From Fistulifera solaris (taxonomy: Eukaryota): 64,000 bases of DNA. This document shows positions 21,901 to 33,209 of this stretch, in pieces (within the stretch, counting starts at the first letter, position 1; each line of letters starts with the position of its first letter). The stretch lies in NCBI GenBank assembly GCA_030295235.1, contig AP026131.1, forward strand, positions 744,001-808,000, written 5' to 3'. Below the pieces are notes generated by a model, which was not told the DNA's origin, ran no database searches, and saw nothing but the letters and a program-made list of their open reading frames with translations. The translations under genes were made by a program, and so were the position numbers.

Positions 21901-24811
21901 ATGGTCGCATTATCCCAATTAACAACATGGAATTACCTCCTCGTGATACTATGTAGTACGGTGGCTTTCGTCCCGGAATGGAGGCAAATAAAATCGCGCA
22001 CGCTTGGTATTCAGGCGCCTTGGGGGTACGTTGCTCGATCGTGAAGCAACACTGTCCTTTGGAGAAATCGTCGCTCACCTTTTCCCCCTCAATGTAATAA
22101 TATAGAACTCCAGTACTCTCGAGCCCCGCGCAAACCGAAAACGGCAATGGAAATAATCAGCGCAGTAAACCTCCTCGACGAAGACCTCCGACTGGAAACG
22201 GTGGCGGCGGCGGATCGTTCAAACTGGGCCAGCCGATGAAATTGCAAAGAATTGTTTCCCAAAGTCCGGCCGAAGATTTTGAGACGCTTACGGCGGAACC
22301 ACCGCAGCGCAATCGACAAGAACCAGTGGCGTCGGCATCTACGGATCGGGCACCGAGACCACCTCGTAAGTTTTCGCGCGATGAGGAGAAACCGGCAGGT
22401 AGGTATGCAGGGAAGGAATTCGGCGAACAGCAATTTTGGATGTTGAGAATTGGCACTTTCTTGCGTCTTCTTTTCATTTCGCTATTTCTCTTCCTGAGAT
22501 TTGGTTGCTTCGTGTAGGATTATGATTGCTTTCATTTTCTGCGCATCGCTGATGATTTCATTTGCATACCTTTTGAGGGATATTTTCGTCGTCTGTTTTG
22601 TGCCACACTTTTATCTTTTGCTCAGTGTTTGTTTTGTTATGCTATCAACAGCTGCTGTTTCCGCTGGACCTATCAAAGAAGGTACCCGTCGTCGGGACGG
22701 GAAGCCTGCTCGTCGTGGACGTGTTGATGATGATATTCCTAAGAAGAATTCGGCAAAGAACTCGTTGCGAGTAGGTGGCACAGGAAGAAAAGGACGCAGT
22801 GCAGAACTTACTCAACGCCGTGGTACTTTGAAGCGACGTGACCGTGCTGGGGAGAAAGAAGCGAAAGCTGAAGCCGCTTTGGAACGAAAGACTGTTTATT
22901 TATCAGAGTACGTTGAATGCTGTTCTAGCATAGTTGGATTTGAATCGTTCTTTGATGCACTAATATTCTGATTTGACAGTGGGCCTATGACTGTAGCCGA
23001 ATTGGCTGATGCGTTAGATGAGAAGCCTGTGGCTATCATTAAGATGCTCATGACGGATTTGGGTGTGATGGCCTCTATGACACAAAGCCTGGATGTGGCC
23101 ACGTGCATAGCGGTGGCGCAAGGATTTGGAAAGATAGTAGCAGATGTGGACGAAAGCGAACTCGAAGGGTAAGTTGAAACAAATTTCAAACTTTTTTCTG
23201 TTGTCGATTACTCAATTGAAAGCTCTTTACAGTGATGGTAGTGCTCTTGAGACTGGAGTTGTCTTGGATGAGGATGACGACGAAGAGTCGCTGCGTCCTC
23301 GGCCCCCTGTCGTCACGATTATGGGTCACGTTGATCACGGAAAGACGAGTTTACTCGATGCAATCCGAAATACAGACGTTACAGCCGGAGAAGCGGGCGG
23401 CATCACGCAACACATCACCTCGTACCAAGTAAAACACAATGGACAGCTGATTACGTTCATCGACACACCTGGTCACGCTGCATTTACAGATATGCGTGAG
23501 CGCGGAGCTAATATTACTGACATGGTGATTCTCGTGGTTGCCGCAGATGATAGTGTTAAGCAGCAAACCGTGGATTCGATTATGTGCGCTCGCCAGGCAG
23601 GTGTACCACTTGTCGTTGCCGTTAACAAATGCGATTTGGAAACAGCAGATCCTATCAAAGTGATGACAGATCTCACAGCGTATGACGTTTTGACAGAAGA
23701 TTTTGGCGGGGACGTTTTGGTTTCACGAATTAGTGCGAAAAAGGGCGAAAATCTTGATGATCTTCTTGACAAAGTTATGCTCCAAGCTGAAATACAAAAT
23801 CTTCGGGCCAATCCAGATCGATCGGCAGAGTGTATTGTCATTGAAGCAAATGTGCAAAAAGGTTTGGGAACTGTCGCAACTAGTTTGGTCAAGCGTGGCA
23901 CTCTTCGTGTGGGTGACATATTCGTAGCTGGCGAAACATATGGGCGAGTCAGAGCCTTGATTTCGACAGCAGATGGGAAAACAAGGATGAAAGAAGCAGG
24001 TCCGAGCACCCCTGTGAATATAGTTGGCTTCGAAGGAATCCCTGCAGCAGGAGATATACTTGTGGTATCTGATGATGAGCAAGTAGCTAGGGAACTTGCA
24101 GAAAGCCGTCAGCGAATTGCACGAGAGCGTTCATCGTCGTCTTACCAAGCCGGACTCATGAGCTCAGTGGCAATGGCTTTTGGACCGGGAAAAGAACGTC
24201 GAGAGATGTGTGTTGTTGTTAAAGCAGATGTTCAGGGATCAGCAGAGGCGCTTACACGTGCTCTATCTGAGCTGAAACTTGAGAACGACGAAGCAGTTGT
24301 CGGAATTAAAGTTCTTGTTAGTGAAGCTGGTGAAATTAACAAAAGTGACATTTCCATTGCCAGCGTGACGCCAGGAACAATTGTCATCGCATTCAATTGC
24401 GCCGCTTCATTTGCCGCCATGGAGGATGCACGTGCAGCTGGAATTGATATTGAGTACTACAATATTATTTATGATGCGATTGAATCTGTTCAGAAGAGGA
24501 TGCAGGAAGTGCTATCCCCTACTCCAGATGGCGAATATGTCGGTTCTGCTGTTGTACAAGAAGTCTTTAACATTGGGGGGACCGGAAATATTGGAGGAAG
24601 TAGGTGCACAGACGGTTATCTGCGAAAAGGGGGAAATGTTCGCGTCCTACGAGGAGACAAGATTCTGGCAGAAAGCAAAATTGTATCCTTGCGAAACTTC
24701 AAGGCTGAGGTGGATTCTATTGAAGAAGGTGATGAGTGCGGTATTGGCCTCTTTGAGTTTGAAGACTTCCAACCCAACGATGTCATTGAATGCTTTGTTG
24801 TCAAAAAGTAG
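21901..24811 (+). CDS. infB: Plastid translation initiation factor IF-2
   Basis: ATG 21901 leader ...CSTVA-F-VP. Four GT-AG introns (about 22026-22106, 22398-22651, 22908-22979, 23169-23232). IF2-N MTVAELA; G-domain RPPVVTIMGHVDHGKTSLLD, FIDTPGHAAF, NKCD; KADVQGS. Confidence 0.93.
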
Positions 24812-24930
24812 CTACACGATAATTTGCAATCACCACTAAACTTTTTTCATTTAGACCTTACAACTGATAGTAGTTACTGATCCGGACTCCTGCTTTATCA
24901 CCCTACCCGTTCACTTGGTTCTCAACATAG

Positions 24931-27900
24931 CTAACGAACGCATGCAGAAATTACATCGCACGTTCGAGATAAGTATCCAAAACCTGGTTTGGCATTCTTG
25001 ATCAGCAACGCCCTAATCTTTTCAATATCAACCGATCCTTCGAACGTATTCAAAATTACATTCATTGGAGCGAAAGGATAATCGGTGGTGAGTTCGAAGC
25101 TTGCGCTCAGTTTCGATGGACATCCACAGAAATCTACTTCAACTTTGAACGTCGAGACATCCCCATCGCTCGATGTTAAAATTGCTCCGTGACGGCGTCT
25201 TAGCACCAATAATTCCATGGCTGTTTGTTCGAGTCGCCCCATTTGCCATTGGAAATGACGAAGACCATCGCTAATTTGCGATGTATGTTGAAAAGTTTTT
25301 GCTGACCATTCATTGCAAAGAGACTGGACTCTTGCTTTGACGAAAGGAGAGAGTAGCGGTACACGAAGACAAACTAAATTTCTTGTGTTTTCCGCACTGG
25401 CATTGACTGGCACAGCAAGGCATTTCACTTCTCCTAGTTTCGAAATGGTAAACGTAAGGGCGACACAAGCATCTGTGGTCGGACCGACGTATTGGAACGT
25501 CAGTTCTCTCTCAGATATAGCTGGAGCTTTCCATCGATGCATACCCTTAGCATACGAGTACATCCGAGCCAAAGATTCTGCGCGTGGACGACACAAATCT
25601 CTTTTTTCGACTAGCGCTCTACGCTTCGCGTCTTCGTTGGTTACGTTGAGCGAAAGCATGTATAGGCGGTCTTTTCCATTCAGCGCTTCCTTCGCATTGG
25701 ACAGCTCTTCTTGTAGCTTACTCACTTCGACCTGGAGTTTATCAACAAGATGCTGAAACAGAACAGTTGTTAGGTAACAGCAACTTTTAGCGAGTGTTAA
25801 AGCGTTTTACTTACCTTTCGCTCAAAAAAGCTTCGTTTTCGTGCTCGTAGTGCAGCTCGTTGTTCAAGACTCGACAAGAGAAGAAGGCTCTCTTCAATCC
25901 ACGAGCTGTTTTTGTCTATGACGTGTACTTTTTGCAAAAGCTCCGCGTAAAGATCTTTCAGGGGGGACTGCAAGCGTATCTGCAACCGAAATCAGCCAAT
26001 TGGTCCATCTCTTCAGCTCATTAGCTTGCACACTTTGTACCAGCATCTCATATTTATGCTTCTTGCCACTGTTGAGAGCACGCTGGAGATCGTCAGAGAC
26101 TAGCTTCATCTGGTCATCCAGGGGCGGATCTGTTGTTTCCTCTATGTGATCGACAACTTGAGAATAGACAGCATTCAAAGTAACCCCATATTCGACATCC
26201 CTTAAGAGACCGGTAACTTCTTTGAGAAAGTCTGAAGAGCATGGCGTCTTTTCAACGTCAAAATTCAGGGCAGAAAAGACGTCTGTCCACGTCAATGGCA
26301 TCTCAATTGACGTAGGGGTCGACTCTTCTTGCTCGGCTACTGAGAATGCCATTTTCTCGTCAACCTCCGCGTCGATAATCTGACCATCGGTGGAAAGGGA
26401 TAAGCGAGATTCTGGGACAAGACTAAACCGTCGGGAGGAAATTGATGATCGTCGGCGACGGTTTCTAGCGGTTTTAGGCGAAGCGTTCATCGATGCTTCA
26501 AGATCAAAGTCTGTTGCCATCAGTAGTGCGCTCATGTTCATTTCAAGCTCCACGGTGTTTTCTTCTTCCAGCTGCATCCTTGAATCTTCTTCAATTTCTA
26601 CAGATACACCATGATCAGGGCTATGGCTACGATCATGCGACTTCTCGTGGGGTGGGGCCTCGCCATCAATAAAGCCCTGAAACTTTAGTAGATCGGACAT
26701 GTTTGCCTCTAATGATACTGTATTGTGCCTCGACACATCACTTTCATCCATACCGGAAGCATTCGTATCGTGGCTGTTTTCGGTATTCCCGTGTTTCGAT
26801 TCCTTTCCGCTTACGCTTGTCGCATCGTGAGCATTGTCATCGTCCAGGTCGTCTCTCTGAAGATAACGATCATGTAGGAGCTCATCCATGTTCATCTCTA
26901 ACTGGACTGTTTCTTGCTCCCTGGATTCTGATAGAGACTCTATAGACATGTCACAGGCAGACTCTTGTGCATTCTTAGCACTATCGACTTTCAGGCCGAT
27001 TGAAGGGCTGCTCATGTAGAAGCCAGACTGGGGTGGCACTCCATTCAGTAGGGCATTCATGTCAGCTTCAATCTCGACTGTGTCTTCTGGGAGGGCTTCG
27101 GCAACCCTCAATTTTTTCGCAGGCATAGGTGTCAAATTCATCGACGGGCTACTCTTATTAAATTCAACGAATTCGGGCGAGCCAAACTCGACATGACGAA
27201 CAGCGTCTCCTCTCTTTCGTGCACTTCCGTGCTTGCGAAGCGAAGAGTGAAGTACAGCCGCCTGGTGCCTCTTCGATCCGATGCTGACATGTAGTTCTTC
27301 AGTAAGAGCGTTCGTCCTATTGTTTCTGGCTGGTGTTACATCATCCAAACCATGCGATTCGTCTTGTATGAAAGGCTCGGGATACGAATCGGCTTTCAGT
27401 GGCGACTTCGACAAAGTTTTAGCGGCACTACGAGTGTTTCTTGCCGGGGAGTCGGTGCTCATTGGATTCGCAATGCGTCGAGGAGAAGCCGACAGCTTGG
27501 TGGGTGTCAGCGTCTTCTGAGCGGAAGCGGATTTGGAGGGACTCGAAGCACCGGGTAAGGCCACTTCATCTGCCGCCGTGGTATTGAACATCAGAACCTG
27601 ACTCAAACTGCTGGTGTTCATGTCCTTCTTACTAGCACTACGAGTGTTTCGTGCCGGCGAATCGAGGCTCATAGGATTTGCGATGCGCCGAGGTGAAGCC
27701 GATAGCTTTGTGGGTGTCAATACTTTCTGTGCAGATCCGGACTTGAAGGGACTTGTAGCGCTGGCCTCAGTCCCTTCGCTAGATGCTGTACTGCTATCGA
27801 CGGAAGCTTGGCTCAAAGCATTTGCGTTCATGTCGCTCTTACTGGCTCTACAGGTGTTTCTCGCCGGTGAGTCGGTGCTCATGGGATTTGCGATACGGCG

Positions 27901-29870
27901 AGGGGAAGTCGACAACCCGGTCGGAGTCAGTACTTTCTGGGTTAATGCGGGTTTGTTGAAAGGACTGAAGACGCTGCTTTCTTCCCCTTCACTAGATGGT
28001 GTGCTATCCATTGATGACTGACTCATTCTGCTGGTGTTCATGTCGCTTTTACTGGCGCTACGAGTGTTTCGTGCTGGGGAATCGATGCTCATGGGATTTG
28101 CGATACGCCGAGGCGAAGCCGATAGCTTTGTGGGAGTCAGCACTTTCTGAGTTGATGCGGGCTTGAAGGGACTCATTACGTTGGCTTCGACTCCTTCACT
28201 AGATGCTGTACTGCTGTCGACGGAAGTTTGTCTCAAAGCACTTGCGTTCATGTCGCTCTTACTGGCGGTACGAGTGTTTCGTGCTGGTGAGTCGATGCTC
28301 AAAAGATTCGCAATTCGCCGAGGAGAAACCGACAGCTTGGTGGGCGTCAGCACTTTTTGAGCGGATGCGGACTTGAAGGGACTTAAAGCACTGGTTGAGG
28401 CCACCTCATCCGTCGCCGTGGTGTTGTCCATGAAAACTTGGCTCGAGCTGCTCACATTCATATCGTTCTTGCTGGCGCTACGAGTGTTTCGTGCCGGCGA
28501 GTCGGAACTCATGGGATTTGCGATGCGACGAGGTGAAGTTAACAGCTTTGTTGGTGTCAGCGCTTTTTGAGCGGAAGCGGGCTGTGAGGATGCATTGAAA
28601 ACACTTTGAGCCGCAGAACCGGACACATCCGAGACGCCATGTTCGTTATGATCCGCAGCTCTAGTGGCTGGTGCTAGAATGGCTTCCCTCGTAGCCGTTG
28701 AAAAGATCGCGAAGCTGAAGCGGGGACAATTCCTTCGAATAGGTCATCAAGAGTACGGCTACCAAGATCACTGACATCAACTTTTCTCGACAGGTCAATA
28801 GTAGCGTCGTCTCTGCTTCCCGACGATGAAGATTCCGAAGGAGTGGAAAGGAATGATGTATTGGACATAAGTTCCGATCTATCTGTCATTCGCGACATGT
28901 TGCTGATGGAAAGGCGTGTCTTGATTTCCTCTTGACGTTGCTGGTCACGAGCAAGACGAACTTGCTTCATCGATGCGGCCAACTCTTTGTACTTTTGCAC
29001 CGAGGAGTTGACGTCGACTGATCCAGGAGTACCATGCCACGACTTGCGGCCAACAACAACCGGAGACGGCACATGGCGGGGTGCCGATGCGGTCCCCATA
29101 GAAAATCGACGCACATCAATTGTTTCTTTTCTAGCATCCGAAGCTGATCCCGTTATCCCCACCACTTCTTTCTGCACCGGCTCTGAGTTGGGAGCTTTGA
29201 CTTCCTTCACCACTGCATCTGAAGAGTCAGCTATGTTGGCGTCAGCAGGTAAAGGCGGAACGGAGGTCCCGCCGCTCGGTTCATTTTCTTTTAATTCAAC
29301 AGTTTCATTCTTTTCATTGTGCTGTTTCCTTTCCGCGGCCAGCTTGGAAAACTCGGCTAGTCTCTGACGTGAAGATGATGCGAGAATAAAGTTTGACGCC
29401 GTCAATTCGGTAGTATCCGACAAGACGCTTTGATTGAGCGTGTCATTTGCCGAGCTACTCGACCCAGTCGAACCGGCCAAGCTGAGGAAACTAAGCTCTG
29501 CCACATTAGCTGTCACGTCGCCCGTATTATGATCATTCGATTCGTTCAGCCCTTGAAAAGAAGTATCCTTTTGAAAGGGTGTTTTCGAAGTGCTTTTGAA
29601 GTAGTAGGCGTGTGCCGCGCCAAGGCTGATGCGGTGCTTGGACGGCGTTTTACGCGGAGGAGAGATCACTACTTCCTCCGGCTGCGGAAACTGGCTTTCC
29701 GACTCTTCAACGCTGTTGGATTTAGGAAGAGCACCGGAGAGCGTCTTGCGGCGTTTCGTATCCTTTTGACCCGTCACATTTTGCATCGAGTTGCGGAGCA
29801 CTCCCTGGTCGCTTTGACGACGAACGTCGGCAACAACGGGTGTGCCGCGATTTTCGTCAGCGGTCTCCAT
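24931..29870 (-). CDS. KNL1/Spc105-like kinetochore scaffold (large disordered N-terminus, coiled coil, C-terminal RWD-like region)
   Basis: SSLRK...RHVEF (SILK/RVxF-like PP1 docking pair) followed by four TVxLExxMxxLL repeats, a coiled coil and a compact C-terminal domain. Joined at indels ~28702 and ~25945 and intron 25753-25814. Confidence 0.6.
27420..28580 (-). repeat. Coding tandem repeat, 6 x 210 bp (70 aa)
   Basis: The TPTKL-coding anchor recurs at 27493, 27703, 27913, 28123, 28333, 28543; unit SPFKSASAQKVLTPTKLSASPRRIANPMSxDSPARNTRSASK. Confidence 0.95.
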
Positions 29871-30448
29871 TCTTTAAGGATATCCCTCTTCACTGAATGA
29901 GACACAGATAAACCGTAAAGATTGCTAAAAACTATCGTGAGGTCGTCCTACGAAGAAAAATGCATGTGTGTTTTCAAATGCAAGCAAAAAGAAGTGCGAC
30001 AAAGAAAGAGTGACAGAAAGAGAGCGGGCGTGCGCAGTCACGTTAATAAACATCTACATTAATAAAGACGTATAAATAAGAAATCAAGTAGGAGAAATTT
30101 TCCTTGACGTTTTGTACTTATTTTGCCGGGTTGGCTTACTATCATACAAAGTAGTCTGGTGCCGTGCGCGCAAACCGCGCCTTTATTCGGACCTCGGCTG
30201 CGGCGATCATCAGAGCTAAGGCTATTCTCTCTCTGGTAGTCTAGTTATCATGGGGAAAGGTAGAATGTTTCTTATCCAAAAACTTCTTGAAAGAAATGGA
30301 AGTTATTGCAGTTTCGCCCTTTCTCGTTCGCAATGATTTGAGGTAGGCCAAGGAAAGCCAATACAATTGGTATGTCGCACTATACGTGGCGTTCTATACA
30401 ACGAAACAAATTTCTAAAGGAAGTAAGCAGGCTCCAAAGTGAAAAGTA

Positions 30449-31284
30449 TCATGTTAAAGATCCGTCAGGTGCTTTAGGCGAAACAAAACCGCTTGTGGCG
30501 CCGCCCCTTCGTACGTCAAATCGCTCTCCAATATACCCATTACTATACGTTGTTCCCGCTGTAAAGTGATTTGACGTTACTCTCGATTGCGAGTAAGCAT
30601 CCAGCTTCTCTTCCTCCTCCAGCTCGTTCAACAGTGAGTGCCGGAAAGTAAATGTAAGCGCCGCAAAGCCCATGTAAATTATTGTCAAAAACATACACAT
30701 TATGGAGAACACCACCGACGAGCGGCTAGCTGCTGAGTGGCGGTCGTCTCGTTCTCTTTGCCTGTCTTCTCCTTCCCGGAAATCTCGAACCTGCGGTGGG
30801 TGCATGAGAATTTGATGCAGCTTTACAAAAATTATCATTGCAAGTCAATAATCGTACCTCAAACTCCCCAAACAGAACGGAACATAGTAATGTCAGGTTG
30901 GCAAACATTATAAGCGATCCAATAAATGAGCCGACAGCTATTGGTGTTGTTTTGTGAACTTGGGGTGAACAGCACGTGTAATATTCCCCGGTTGGAGATT
31001 GCCAACCCAAAACGACCGTCCCAAAAATTGCTAAAAGCGTCGCCAGCACTGCCGTCCACATTGCAGCAAATACCAGCGCCCGACTCGTTACAGCAACACG
31101 TGCCTCTCCTTCTCCCCCCTTCTTGTTGTTTGTAATTGTAAAAACTCCCGTCGTCAGATGACAAAGCAAATACCAGTGAAGTCACAAACGCCATGAAAGT
31201 CAGCATCGTAATTATTGTCCACAGTGAAGCCAGTAGCCCCCTTCTCGTATTTATTATTCCATCCCAAAGCGAATAAGACCGCAT
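30449..31284 (-). CDS. Multi-pass membrane protein of unknown function
   Basis: Four hydrophobic helices across three ORFs, joined at a C-run indel ~31116 and an intron ~30792-30857. Confidence 0.6.
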
Positions 31285-31780
31285 TGTTCTCTATAGCTGA
31301 TTAATAAAGACTTTATAACCAACAAACAATGCATTCATTGATCAATGATTTCGTTCGGCCTTTTTATTACTTCCTTTACTCAACGTGTCTATCGTCAACA
31401 GCGGACTGCGAGCGGAGCGCTGAAAGCTGAAAAGCGCTGAAAAAAGTAATCTTCTTTATAATCCACAGTCGTTTGCAACTGGAACGCTTCCCCTAACAAA
31501 ATGTTTCCGTTCAACGTTCAACATACCCGTGATAAATTGTTATAATAGAGACTGCTATGTACAAGGTTCATAAACCGGGAGTCACTCGGCGACTTCCCCA
31601 TAGTCAATAAGTTGTCACAAGTTAACCGTTTCCAAAGGTTGGAATTTTGTCCCAAACACAGCTAAGATTTTCTTTCCTCTCACGTAACGCATAGAAGGGG
31701 GCCGATGCCTAGCATGCTAAGGAACGTTCACGAGGTTGTCCTATCAGCGAATTTCATCTAACAAGCTCCTTTCCCCCGCT

Positions 31781-33079
31781 TTAGAGCTCGTTGCCAATTT
31801 CGTCTCCTTGATTACTTTCCGCTTTGTCTTTGGATTCCCTTTGGGCTCGGGCCGTCCGAATTCGCTCTTCCCAATCGACTTTAGGTGAAACTTCCACTTC
31901 ATGTGGCCAACCAATGCGGGGAATAGAGCTTGAATCATCAACCGGTAGCATATCAACCACGTTGTAATCAATTTTATCTGAAACCTTGCGTACGAAAAGC
32001 GCACCAGAATCTCGAATCTCTTTCAAATCGTAAATACCTAGGAAATATGGCCCCCAAGGTCGTGGCTGGTCGACATTTGAAGACTTTGGAACTGCGTATC
32101 GTTGATATTCCCATAAATAGCCGAAAGCGGTGGGAACATGTTCGTCCATGCGTTCATATCGGATGTGTTGTATTGATGATGACGTCTGATTACGCCACAA
32201 CAGATATCCAATATCATCCATTTGCGGCAACGTATTCTTAAACTCATCGACATGCATAATCAAAGTGGGAATGAAGGTTTCATCAGTCATCAACAGACCC
32301 GAGGACTCCAGAAACTGACGAAAGCGACTACTTAAACTGTCATCTCGTGTCAATTCAGCAACCAACCAGAGACAAAAGTCGGGTTGTAATATCATCCATT
32401 GACTGCCAAAATATACTGTCATGGATTTCGATGATTGCATCCCGTCTTTGTCCGTATATTGAATCATCGCCTCGGGTTCGGTGTCATCCCTTGTGTAATG
32501 CCTTCGCTTGTGCCAAAATGAAGGGAAAAGGTTTACATTCGTAGGTAGCAAACCGGTCTCGCAAGCACTACTAGTAACAAAGTTGTATGGGAGTTCGGAT
32601 AATATTCGCGACATGGTCGATGGAGTGTACACGGGAAGACTGTCGCCCGATAAGTTAATCCAAACATCCCATTTATCCTTTTCTTCCGCGGCCACTTGCA
32701 AACCCCAGAGAGTGGGAAGGTTCATACTCCATTTGCTCCATGCAACATCGAATTTCGATTCAACTCGGATCGTATTTTGGCAAGGACAAGCTTTCATTTC
32801 TCGTAGAAGAACGTTGTCGTCGGAAAGTAATAATTGTTGCGCTTTAAGGTCGACATGAATGAGAATTGTGTTGAGTGGATCTCGAATTGCTCGCAGTAAT
32901 TGTACGGCGTCGTTCATAGTCCGTTCATTATGAACTTGCACAAAATAGAATATCCGAAATTCCTCATCATACCCTCCGATCACTGATCCCTGACAGCGAT
33001 CGGAACAATCGGGCGAGACAGCGACAACGGACGTTGCAGAAATTAAATAACAAAAGAACGCCAAGTAGCTATATGTCAT
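31781..33079 (-). CDS. GT14 (core-2/I-branching / xylosyltransferase-like) glycosyltransferase
   Basis: ATG 33079 signal peptide; ILIHVD, WINLSGDSLP, YFGSQWMIL, DETFIPT, ALFVRKV. Confidence 0.85.
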   Translation of the reverse strand: MTYSYLAFFCYLISATSVVAVSPDCSDRCQGSVIGGYDEEFRIFYFVQVHNERTMNDAVQLLRAIRDPLNTILIHVDLKAQQLLLSDDNVLLREMKACPCQNTIRVESKFDVAWSKWSMNLPTLWGLQVAAEEKDKWDVWINLSGDSLPVYTPSTMSRILSELPYNFVTSSACETGLLPTNVNLFPSFWHKRRHYTRDDTEPEAMIQYTDKDGMQSSKSMTVYFGSQWMILQPDFCLWLVAELTRDDSLSSRFRQFLESSGLLMTDETFIPTLIMHVDEFKNTLPQMDDIGYLLWRNQTSSSIQHIRYERMDEHVPTAFGYLWEYQRYAVPKSSNVDQPRPWGPYFLGIYDLKEIRDSGALFVRKVSDKIDYNVVDMLPVDDSSSIPRIGWPHEVEVSPKVDWEERIRTARAQRESKDKAESNQGDEIGNEL

Positions 33080-33209
33080 ATTGCGTGAACGTCCAGAAAA
33101 AGAGCGGTTCAATGTTGAATTCTATAGCAAGCAAAGTATTGGAACCATTGTAACACGAAAACATGAAAGATAATGGTACGGTAGCGTACGCAACGATGCG
33201 AACCCAAAA

